Made by a program: the position numbers and the translations under genes. This document shows positions 49,480 through 61,100 of a DNA stretch of 64,000 nt, piece after piece; the first letter of the stretch is position 1, and each line of letters opens with the position of its first letter. This DNA is from Hemiscyllium ocellatum (lineage: Eukaryota): NCBI RefSeq assembly GCF_020745735.1, contig NC_083410.1, forward strand, positions 2,764,117 to 2,828,116. Reading direction: 5' to 3'. The notes below the pieces were generated by a model. That model searched no databases and was not told the origin of the DNA. It was given only the letters and a program-made list of their open reading frames with translations.

Positions 49480-50200
49480 TTCATCATGGTATTTGATCTG
49501 ATGGAACAGCAACATTCAAAACCTCAATGACAGAGGTAGCATTGTTTGGTCATGGCTGGGCAATGCTTGTATCTGCGAGGCATTTTTCTTTAGTTCCATA
49601 GCACTGACACTGACTACTGTATCTGTACAGCCGACACTGTTCCTGTGGCTTACCACATCTGTCCATAGTGTCTATACATTCTCTGCTGGATTTTGTTACC
49701 CTCTAGTGGCAACGTTGTCCTTCTCCTCTCAGGGGCTGTCTGTGAATCTTCCACATATCTGGTTTCTGCATAATTTGAATCACTTTCTCCAAATTTAAAT
49801 CTTCTTTAGACTATAATAAATCTGACAAAGATTCAACAATAATACTAAATAAAAATCTATTTCAAAGATCCATGGTCATAATTCCTTGGATGATGAGCTC
49901 TTCTGTCAAATGTTCTAATTTCAAAGACTTTATTTGTCCTCAGATTGAAGTAATTATCAAAACCTGTTAGAATCTCTTCAAAGTATATGTGCCTTCTTTT
50001 ACATTTTGCTGATCTATAACGTCATCTGCTGTTGGACCTATTGAATGCAATAATATATTTACTTATTCAACTTAAGAGTTAGTACTTGATTTTAAAACAT
50101 TATTGCATCTTAAGATTGTTTTCTTCAAGGTGTCCAATCATGTATTCTGTTTGCCCATCATTAACATTAAATCTTTATGACTTTATTATTTCTCCACCTA
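49480..50200 (-). pseudogene. Decayed Ty3/Gypsy gag remnant
   Basis: Frameshifted minus-strand peptides LLHSIGPTADDVI, FEEILTGFDNYFN, ESLSDLL*SKEDLNLEKVIQI and a CPAMTKQCYLCH*GF zinc-knuckle-like segment. Recognised by eye, not by search. Confidence 0.6.
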
Positions 50201-50776
50201 TTTCTTCTTAATGAGATTATTCATTCTTATTACATGAACACTGTTTTAAACCTATAGCTTCGATGTTGTCTCCTCTAGTTTCCTTACAGATTTAATGAAT
50301 CTGCAATAAGTAAATACTGATGACCTTAAAACATGTAATTTTGCATCGAGCTGCACTTTTCTTAATTTTTTTTAATATTGTCTGGAGTCTCTCCAAGCTT
50401 TCAAACATGACATAATAGCAATGCAACAGCATTTTTCTTGTCTGTAAGCCTTTAGGTTGTATGTTAATTCTGTGGTATTTCCAGCTATTAAAACTTGAAC
50501 TTATGTATTTTTGCAACACTGTATCTCTGTATTGCTTGCTGGGTCTTTATTTCATCAAAATTATGCTTTCCTAACTCTTGGAGCAGGGACTCCTGGATGC
50601 GGTAGACCCAGAGTTTGGACTCAGGGACTCAAAGGGTATCAGCTACAGCCAAGATAGTGCCTTGAATGGGGACTACTGGCTGCAGTAGGCCGAGAGCATG
50701 GTGTTGGAATAATTTCGTTCTCTAACCTTTATTCTTTCTACAACAACTGTTACTCAAGACGTCTGCTCATGATGCT

Positions 50777-51300
50777 GCATGGTGGCTCAGTGGTTAGCAC
50801 TGCTGCCTCACAGCACCAGGGACCCAGGTTCGATTCCAATCTCAGGCAACTGCCTGTGTGGAGTTTGCACGTTCTCCCTGTGTCTGCGCGGGTTTCCTCC
50901 CACAGTCTGAACATGTGTAGGTTAGGTGAGTTAGCCGTGCTAAATTGCCCATAGTGTTCAGGGATGTGTATTAGATTAGAGTGGTGCTGGAAAAGCACAA
51001 GCAGGTCAGGCAGCATCCGAGGATCAGGAAAATCGATGTTTTGGACAAAAGCCCTTCATCAGGAATAGAGGGTCGATTTTCGATTTACGTTGATTTTCCT
51101 GCTCCTCGGACGCTGCCTGACCTGCTGTGCTTTTCCAGCACCAGTCTAATCTATAATCTGGTTTCCAGCATCTGTAGTCCTTGTTTTTACCCTGTTAGGT
51201 GCATTAGTCAGGGGTAAATTTAGGGTGAGGGAATGGATCTGGGTGGGTTACTCATCGGAGGGTCAGTGTGGACTTGGGCTGACGGGCCTGTTTCTTTGGA
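50777..51300 (+). mobile_element. HE1-related SINE interrupted by an inverted PLE-terminal pair (~50965-51190)
   Basis: SINE head and V-domain at 50777-50960. The SINE 3' part resumes near 51193. Confidence 0.75.
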
Positions 51301-53350
51301 TCCATGATGGAGGTGATATCCCTGTTGTCAAGCATCTGCTCCTTTTCATTTCTATCCATCCCAGCCTGCTCCGTCCCAACATCATCCTTCCTTCTGTCAT
51401 TGTACACTTTCTCCCTCTTACCGAGTGCGAATGCTAACTTTACATCTGGAGCTCTGAACCACTCTGTAAAGACTCGGTCAATTCCCAGTGTGACTGGGTC
51501 GATGCCCCTTCCTGGTTTTCCTGTGCCTCTTCCTCGCTGCAGGGTGAAAGTTTCCTTCTGGGGAACTGATGTCACCCTGCCTGCTTCTCTCATGCAGCTG
51601 CTGCTCACTTGTTTTTCTCTCGGGAGGGTTTTTGTTTTGGTCCTGGGTTAAATGGAATTGTTTTCTACATACGTCACCGTGAGCTGTAAGGTAGCGATCA
51701 CTTGGCTGATCACCATGTTGCATGTTGTGGTACCACTGGTGGCTTGTGCTTTGGGTCTAATGCGGCACCATGCCTCCCTCACTGTGATTAGAACCATCCT
51801 GTTCAGATACATTATGGCACACATCTGGAGCAGGGAGGGATCAGGGGCTGAGCCTCCTGGCTCTGGGGTTTGGATGCTGCTATTCCTGCACAAGAACCCT
51901 CATCCATTGTTTACACGCTGGGACTACGGGCGTATTGAACAAAGAGGTGGAAAAGGATAAACCCCTAGTGAGTCTGAACAGGTAGAGGGCCTTTTCATAC
52001 AATGCATGATAACAATGGGAGCAAGTTGCATTAACTCACTTAGCTTAACTACAAACATTACCAACAGCCAGATGTGGAATCTGTCCCATTCCAGAATATT
52101 CTTTCTCCACACAACAAATCTAATGTCCTTTAGGGAGTCTTTACCTGTTTGTCCTGTGACTCCAGACCCACAGCAAAGCAGTTGACTTTCATCTGCCCTC
52201 TGAGAAATTGGGGGTGGGCAATAATATTGGTCTAGACAGTGACATCCACATCTCATGAATGAATAAAAAAAATTAAAATTGGATTTAGCTTCATGTAATT
52301 TCAATACTAACACTTTCAGACCCATTATCTTATACAACATACATTGCCAACGGGAACTCTGACACTACACGCACTTGGAGTGTGTATGTGAAATGGCGAT
52401 GTGTACAGAGCATTTGGTGTGAGGCTTGGTCTGACAGGAATGCATTGGTCCTTGCTTCAGCCCAGTCCCAGTTACCTGCCCATTGAAATCTGAAACACTT
52501 TGGTGCAATTTTAGCACCTTACAACTCAGAAACAGTTCTTTCCCCTGCTCAGTATTTGCCATATTGCCAATTTCTGGACATGTAAGAGCTTACCAAGATG
52601 GGTATTAACCAGCCAGCTAAATTCAACTAACAATTTAATCTCAAACCCACAACAGCTTAATCCAACTGAGACAAGCGTCAAGAGGTGAAACCAAGAAATA
52701 TTATCAAGGGTAGAATCACAATCAGATTTTATATTAAAACGTAGAAAACATTCACTTTGATCAAACAGTTAAATACTGTGAAAAAATATATGAATTAGAA
52801 AAATGTAACAATTGAAAAGTCTAAGATGTGAGACAAGCAGGAAGTGGGGAAATGTTGTTACAGTCGGAAACACTGGGAGGTCCTGAAACATCACCAGAAG
52901 CTTTATCTACTTCGCTGATTGGACAAGTGGTCGCTTCTGTTCAGAACAATAGACTGTCTTTGTTGTAATATCTTTAATAAATCAAACAAATTGAAACAAT
53001 GAGTTGCTGAGAGGGAACAAAATGCCGTGAAGTTAACCCAACAGATCATCTCAGAAAGTTGGTTCACACAGGTCCTACAACTGTCCTCAGGACCCCAGGA
53101 TTAGGGATCTGCCAACTAACCATTCCTCTCACTTTCAGTTGATATCCAGTCATGTCCTTGCATATGTGGTAATCAAGGAATGATAGGATTGAGCTTCCCA
53201 ATTAGAACAGTCCCTCAATCCTCACCCAGTGGCACAGGTTCAATGGGCCAAATGGCCTACAGCTGCACCTATTTTTTAAGTTTAAGTCTTGTTTACAATT
53301 AATGGTCATTTCATTAAGGCAATGGGTCAACAGCTACATGCCTGTACAAT

Positions 53351-53425
53351 AGGGTCAGGGTGAGGGTTAGAGTCAGGGTTTGGAGTTAGGGTCAGGGTTA
53401 TGGTCAGGGATATGGTTGGGGTCAG
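53351..53425 (+). repeat. Short tract of telomere-variant hexamers (TCAGGG/TGAGGG/TTAGGG)
   Basis: agggtcagggtgagggttagagtcagggtt...ttagggtcagggtta. Confidence 0.6.
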
Positions 53426-53671
53426 CAGGTCATTGTCTATGACGGGACAAATTTAAAAATGAACACCATCTTAATCTCAAGTTTCCACCTCACGTTGGGA
53501 GATTTTATTCAAAAATATGAATTGATGAACAAAGGAAAAAAATGTTAACGCAGCTCACATTTTACTATCCAAATAGGTTCCAGGATCCAATCATAAAGGA
53601 GTTACTGAAGGATCATAGGGATCAGTCTCTACCAATAAGCTGATAGCTGAGTTGGGAATGATGCTGATCGA

Positions 53672-54290
53672 GGTAAAAACAATGAGTGCAGATGCTGGAA
53701 ACCAGATTCTGGATTAGTGGTGCTGGAAGAGCACAGCAGTTCAGGCAGCATCCGAGGAGCAGGGAAATCAACGTTTTGGGCAAAAGCCCTTCATCAGGAA
53801 TAAAGGCAGAGAGCCTGAAGCGTGGAGAGATAAGCTAGAGGAGGGTGGGGGTGGGGAGAAAGTAGCATAGAGAACAAAGGGGAGGGGATGAAGGTGATAG
53901 GTCAGGGAGGAGAGGGTGGAGTGGATAGGTGGAAAAGGAGATAGGCAGGTAGGCAGCCCTTCCTGATGAAGGGCTTATGCCCGAAACGTCGAATTTCCTA
54001 TTCCTTGGATGCTGCCTAACCTGCTGTGCTTTAACCAGCAACACATTTTCAGCTGTGATCTCCAGCATCTGCAGACCTCATTTTTTACCCTATAGGCAGG
54101 TCGGACAAGTCATGGGGACAGTGCAGAGCTGGAAGTTTGGAACTAGGGTGAGGTGGGGGAAGGGGAAATGAGGAAGCTGTTGAAGTCCACATTGATGCCC
54201 TGGGGTTGAAGTGTTCCGAGGCAGAAGATGAGGCGTTCTTCCTCCAGGCGTCTGGTGGTGACAGAGAGGTGATGAAGGAGGAATAAGGTG
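53672..54290 (-). mobile_element. PLE 3' fragment with a younger plus-strand PLE terminal repeat nested in it (53951-54091)
   Basis: 10-bp TSD ataggcaggt at 53941-50 and 54092-101. Intact hammerhead uuc CUGAUGA A GGGC uuau GCCC GAA AC-GUC gaa at 53960-53993. Confidence 0.85.
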
Positions 54291-55802
54291 ACTGTATGTT
54301 GCTGCTGCGATTACCAGGTCAGAGCAAACAACTGATTGAAACAACTTGGAGCTGTACTTGCTGAGTGTACCGTTTGAGATGTGATCCCCATTCAGGAAGG
54401 TTCCAGAGATATGTGGGGATTTTATCTAACCTTCTTACCCTGCAGTAATCCAGGTTCTCTGACTAAATCACACTGACAGCAGTTTCTGAGACGGTCTGAT
54501 TTCGCATTGACATGGGGTAAGTTGTTACAGCATGTTTAGGAAATAACCACCAAACCCTGTTTGATTGTTGATTTGAAAGTTTGTGCCATTTCAACAGCTT
54601 TTAGTTTTCAAAGCTGGTAAAATTTTACAGGACCTTACCAGAAGAAAGCAACTGTGTGTTCAAATGGTGCTCTAACTGAAAAGGTTCCAATCAGAGCAGA
54701 TTGAGAGATTAGCAATGCTCTGTCTGAGAAGGTGGTGTGGTCTACTAGGTTCTGGTTAATGCAGGGAGAGTGGGCTGTGATTCTAGAACAATCTCACCAT
54801 TCTTCCACACGGCACGAACAGCTCCAAAGCTGGGTTAGAGGGAAGGCAAGTAACAGCTGACAGAAATCAGCTCAACACAAGCCAGGAAACCAGTCCGTGA
54901 TATCCTGTGGACAGTGGAATAACTAACGGCCAGGGCAGACCTCCCCATCCCAGCAAATAATACCTTGATGCAATTTGTCCCGAGGATGAGTGAAGAGAGT
55001 ATAATTAGTGGACGCTGGATTTGATCGTGAAAAAAAGATTGTTGGCGAATTTAAATATCATGGGATTAAAGGGCCAGTGACCGTGTGGATATGAAATTAA
55101 TTCAGGGAGTGAAGACAGAGAGTGGAGTAAGCAGTTGTTTTGTTGGACAGGAGGATTGGAATTGGGGAGCACTGCATTTTCAGGCCAACACCAATGACCT
55201 GGATCTAGGTGTACCGAGCACAACTTCACAATTTCCCAACAAAAGTCAAAGATGGCTTGGAGCCTCTGACCCCGCGGACTCAGCTGGTGGCTTTCAGCGT
55301 GGTGTCAGTCCATACAGAAAACTGAAGGGTTTGGGAGTCTGCCTCCAGGAATCACAAAGAAGCTGGCTTCCAAGTTCAGTGGAAAATCGGGAAGCAATGG
55401 AATGCCTAAGGGAGCGGAGTATGATTGTAAGGAGATCTTGACAAACAATCCGAGGCACTAGTTAATGCCCAGGTTGAGGAGTGGAAATCATTTTGTTCAC
55501 TAACATCTTCCAGTACTTCAGTGAGAAACGGTGTCTGCTCTCAGGAGGGTCGGTAACTGAGGGGCCAGAGGGTCACCTCAAGAATATTTCAAGAATGTGG
55601 AATAATTGTCCTCAGGCGGGGAGTCTCCACACACCAGGATTCCCAGTGAATCAGAGGGAGCAGTAATGGTGTGTACAGGGAGCTGGGAGGAACCCCTGCT
55701 CTACATGTTGGAATCTAAAGGCTTTTTAACCACGGGCTACAGTCTAAAAGACCATGTTAATCTTGTATCAATACATTAAAGAGGAAACTGTACGGGATCT
55801 TT

Positions 55803-56640
55803 CATAGAATATAGAACATAGAACATTACAGTGCAGTACAGGCCCTTTGGCCCTCGATGTTGCACCAACCTGTCATACCAATCTGAAGCCCATCTAACCT
55901 ACACTATTCCATGTACGTCCATATTCCTGTCCAATGACAACTTAAATGTACTTCAACTTGGCGAATCTACTACTGTTGCAGGCAAAGCATTCCATACCCT
56001 TACTACTCTCTGAGTAAAGAAACTACCTCTGACATCTGTCTTATACCTATCTCCCCTCACTTTAAAGTTGTGTCCCCTCGTGTTTGCCGTCCCCATACTT
56101 GGAAAAAGGCTCTCCCTGTCCACCCTATCTAACCCTCTGATTATCTTGTATGTCTCTATTAAGTCACCTCTCAACCTTCTTCTCTCTAACGAGGACAGCC
56201 TCAAGGCCCTCAGCCTTTCCTCGTAAGATATTCCTTCCATATCAGGCAACATCCGAGTAAATCTCCTCTGCCCCCTTTCCAAAGCTTCCACATCCTCCTT
56301 ATAATGTGGTGACCAGAACTGTACACAATACTCCATGTATGGTCATAACAGAGCTTTGTACAGCTGCAGCATAACCTCCTGGTTCTGGAACTCAATCCCT
56401 CCATTAATAAAGGCCAAATCCCTGTATGCCTTCTTAACAGCCCTGTCAATCTGGGTGGCAACTTTCAGGGATCTGTGTACATGGACACCGAGATCTCTCT
56501 GCTCATCTGCACTCCCAAGAATCTTACCATTAGCCCAGTACTTTGCATTTCGATTACTCCATCCAAAGTGTATCACCTCATACTTGTTCACATTAAACTC
56601 CATTTGCCACCTCTCAGCCCAGCTCTGCGTCCTATCTGCA
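55803..56640 (-). mobile_element. CR1 LINE 3' end
   Basis: MEFNVNK..HFG..RDLGVHVH..EYCVQFWSPHY..RGDLIETYK..FFTQRVV and an (atgttct)n tail. Confidence 0.9.
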
Positions 56641-58136
56641 TCCTATCAAGGTCTCTCTGCAACCTACTACATCCTTCATCACTATCCACAACACAGATGT
56701 ATAGTGATCTGCTCAATATGTCTAGCCTCTTTTCCATCGATTTTAAATTTTGAGAATTGGCTGTTCACTCTGAATTTTGCCGTCAGTCAAAAACATATGG
56801 GCATGTGAATCAGGAACAGGAGTAACACCAAAAATTGGAACCATAGAAAACAGGAGGAAGTACAAGCCAATCAGCCCCTTGAGCATGCTCTGCCATTCAG
56901 TGGCTATTCTGATTACATTTCCACCCACCCCAATAACCTTTCATTTTTATCGAAAATAAGGAATAAATGAGCAGAGCCCATTACATGGACAATGAGATAC
57001 ACGATCATGTGGAGTGATGCAGCCAGAAGCAGTTGTCAAGGAAACTAAGAAACTTTGCACCTTTAGGGTTTGTGTGAAGGTGGGGTTCCTGTTCACTGTC
57101 CAACAGCACAGGCTGTAAGGATCACCACGGGGAAAGTCCAGCATTCCCTGTGCCCAGGAAGGTTTTACCCTGTTAAAGGGTGCTATGTAAATATAACAGC
57201 TTCTATCTCTCTCAGAACAGTAAGCCAATTGCAGAGTCCTCATTCCTTCAGACTCAGCAGCACCACCATGGGTTGTGGCCAGTGCTGGGACTGCAGGAGG
57301 TCCCAGAGTAGCCTCAATGGCAGGGACCTGAGTAAATGGGATGGAGAATCACAGGGATATTCCTCTTTGGGGAGTGTGGGGTCAGGCGCTTGCTCATAGG
57401 AGGGGGCGAGGTGGTGGAATCTTCCAGGTGGCCAGGTCATTGATGTTCTGAAGGTGGGCCCAGGACCATGAGCTCCTTGTTTTAGGATGGACCCCCACCC
57501 CCCACCAACTCAGCTCCTTAGGGAGACATTAGTTGACCTGCCCTCGGTTGCAACATGCCCCTTGTGCTGCTGGTAAAGTCCCATGGGGGGTGGGGCAGGT
57601 CTGTCGACAGCCATGATTTGATCATCAATGGGTCTCAGTGGGCTGAAGGACACAGGGCACTCAGTACCTATCCCATCACCTGCAGACAATGTCCCCATGC
57701 CATTACACCTGCCTCACCTCCCAGCTTGCTCCCATGATGGGAGTTGTGCCGGGACAGTGTCAAAGTCCATCTCTTGTGTCAGACAGAGGCCATGCTACAG
57801 TACTGTGTTCATACTGTGGCCTCTCTTCAAGGACAACAAACAGACCAGGATCTGGACAAAGAGGTTACATTTTGGTCACAGCATGTACAAGGGACGATGA
57901 TGACCAGGGGACAAGCAGAAAGCCAGAGAGGAAACTGTTGGGTTTGTCTGAAATTTAATTGCTTCGACTGAGGAACGTGCCAGCTCATGGTGAGATATTG
58001 ATATAGACGTGTCCCTCTCTTGAGAGAGACCAGCTCACACTCAGTCAGTGTTTGCCACACTCTCCTCATCTCTCATTGGTCACATTTAAAGATTCAGTCA
58101 GTTCAGTAATTCTTGTGTATCCCTGAATCACCTGGA

Positions 58137-61100
58137 ACATCTCACCCAAATCACCCACTCCCCCAAATCAACCACTCAACTCAAATCACCCACTCCCCCA
58201 AATCAACCACTCACCCAAATCACCCACTCCCCCAAATCAACCACTCCACTCAAATCACCCACTCAGCCAAATCACCCACTCACCCAAATCACCCACTCAC
58301 CCACTCACCCCAAATCACCCACTCACCCCAAATCACCCACTCCCCCAAATCACCCACTCACCCAAATCACCCACTCACCCCAAATCACCCACTCACCCCA
58401 AATCACCCACTCCCCCAAATCAACCACACCACTCAAATCACCCACTCACCCAAATCACCCACTCACCCAAATCACCCACTCACCCACTCACCCCAAATCA
58501 CCCACTCACCCCAAATCACCCACTCTCCCAAATCACCCACTCACCCAAATCACCAACTCACCCCAAATTACCCGCACACCCCACATCACCCGCACACCCC
58601 AAATCACCCACTCACCCACTCACCCCAAATCACCCACTCACCCAAATCACCCACTCACCCACTCACCCCAAATCACCCACTCACCCAAATCACCCACTCA
58701 CCCAAATCACCCACTCACCAACTCACCCAAATCACCCACTCACCCCAAATCACCCACTCCCCCAAATCACCCCAAATCACCCACTCACCCAAATCACCCA
58801 CTTACCCCAAATCACCCACTCCCCCAAATCACCCCAAATCACCCACTCACCCCAAATCACCCACTCACCCCAAATTACCCGCACACCCCACATCACCCGC
58901 ACACCCCAAATCACCCACTCACCCACTCACCCCAAATCACCCACTCACCCAAATCACCCACTCACCCACTCACCCCAAATCACCCACTCACCCAAATCAC
59001 CCACTCACCCCAAATCACCCACTCACCCCAAATTACCCGCACACCCCACGTCACCCGCACACCCCAAATCACCCACTCACCCCAAATCACCCACTCACCC
59101 AAATCACCCACTCACCCACTCACCCCAAATCACCCACTCATCCAAATCACCCACTCACCAACTCACCCAAATCACCCACTCACCCCAAATCACCCACTCC
59201 CCCAAATCACCCACTCCCCCAAATCACCCCAAATCACCCACTCACCCAAATCACCCACTTACCCCAAATCACCCACTCCCCCAAATCACCCCAAATCACC
59301 CACTCACCCCAAATCACCCACTCACCCAAATCACCCACTCACCAACTCACCCAAATCACACACTCCCCCAAACCACCCACTCCCCCAAATCACTCCAAAC
59401 CACCCACTCCCCCAAATCACTCCAAATCACCCACTCACCCAAATCACCTACTCACCCCAAATCACCCACTTACCCCAAATCACCCACTCCCCCAATTCAT
59501 CCCAAATCACCCACTCACCCCAAATCACCCACTCACCCAAATCACCCACTCACCAACTCACCCAAATCACCCACTCCCCCAAACCACCCACTCCCCCAAA
59601 TCACTCCAAACCACCCACTCCCCCAAATCACTCCAAATCACCCACTCACCCAAATCACCCACTCACCCCAAATCACCCACTCACCCAAATCACCCACTCA
59701 CCCCAAATCACCCACTCACCAACTCACCCAAATCACCAACTCACCCAAATCACCCACGCACCAACTCACCCAAATCACCCACTCACCCCAAATCACCCAC
59801 TCACCCCAAATTACCCACTCACCCAAATCACCCACGCACCAACTCACCCAAATCACCCACTCACCCCAAATCACCCACTCAACTCAAATCACCCACTCAC
59901 CCAAATCACCAACTCACCCAAATCACCCACTCACCCAAATCACCCACTCACCCAAATCACCCACGCACCAACTCACCCAAATCATCCACTCACCCCAAAT
60001 CACCCACGCACCAACTCACCCAAATCACCCACTCACCCCAAATCACCCACTAACCCAAATCACCCACGCACCAACTCACCAAATCACCCACTCACCCCAA
60101 ATCACCCACTCACCCACTCCCCCAACTCACCCAAATCACCCACTCACCCCAAATCACCCACTCACCAACTCACCCACTCACCCATTCCCCCAAATCACCC
60201 AAATCACCCACACACCCCAAATCACCCACTCACCCCAATCACCCATTCACCCCAAATCACCCACTCAACCCAAATCACCCACTCACCCAAATCACCCCAA
60301 ATCACCCACTCACCCAAATCACCCACTCACCCCAAATCACTCACTCACCCCAAATCACCCACTCACCCAAATCACCCACTCACCCACTCACCCCAAATCA
60401 CCCACTCACCCAAATCACTCACTCACCCCAAATCACCCACTCACCCAAATCACCCGCTCACCCAAATCACCCACTCACCCACTCACCCCAAATCACCCAC
60501 TCACCCAAATCACCCACTCACCCAGATCACCCACTCACCCCAAATCACCCACTCACCAACTCACCCACTCACCCATTCCCCCAAATCACCTAAATCACCC
60601 ACTCACCCAAATCACCCACTCACCCCAAATCACCCACTCACCCAAATCACCCACACACCCCAAATCACCCATTCACCCCAATCACCCATTCACCCCAAAT
60701 CACCCACTCAACCCAAATCACCCACTCACCCAAATCACCCCAAATCACCCACTCACCCAAATCACCCACTCACCCCAAATCACCCACTCACCCAAATCAC
60801 CCACTCACCCACTCACCCCAAATCACCCACTCACCCCAAATCACCCACTCACCCAAATCACCCACTCACCCCAAATCACCCACTCACCCAAATCACCCAC
60901 TCACCCAAATCACCCGCTCACCAAATCACCCACTCACCCCAAATCACCCACTCACCCCAATCACCCGCACAACTCAAATCACCCACTCACCCACTCACCC
61001 AAATCACCCACTCACCCAAATCACCCACTCACCCAAAATCACCCACTGCCCCAAATCACCCACTCACTCAAATCACCCACGCACCAACTCACCCAAATCA

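Noticed and set aside
51478-51960. ORFs at 51.3-52.0 kb (e.g. ...AARKRHRKTRKGH)
   Set aside because: There is no recognisable domain or convincing splice-site pair, so I cannot support them as exons.
58113-60053. 646-aa H/P/T-rich ORF
   Set aside because: It is a stop-poor satellite translation with a GTG start, and the array continues far beyond the ORF.
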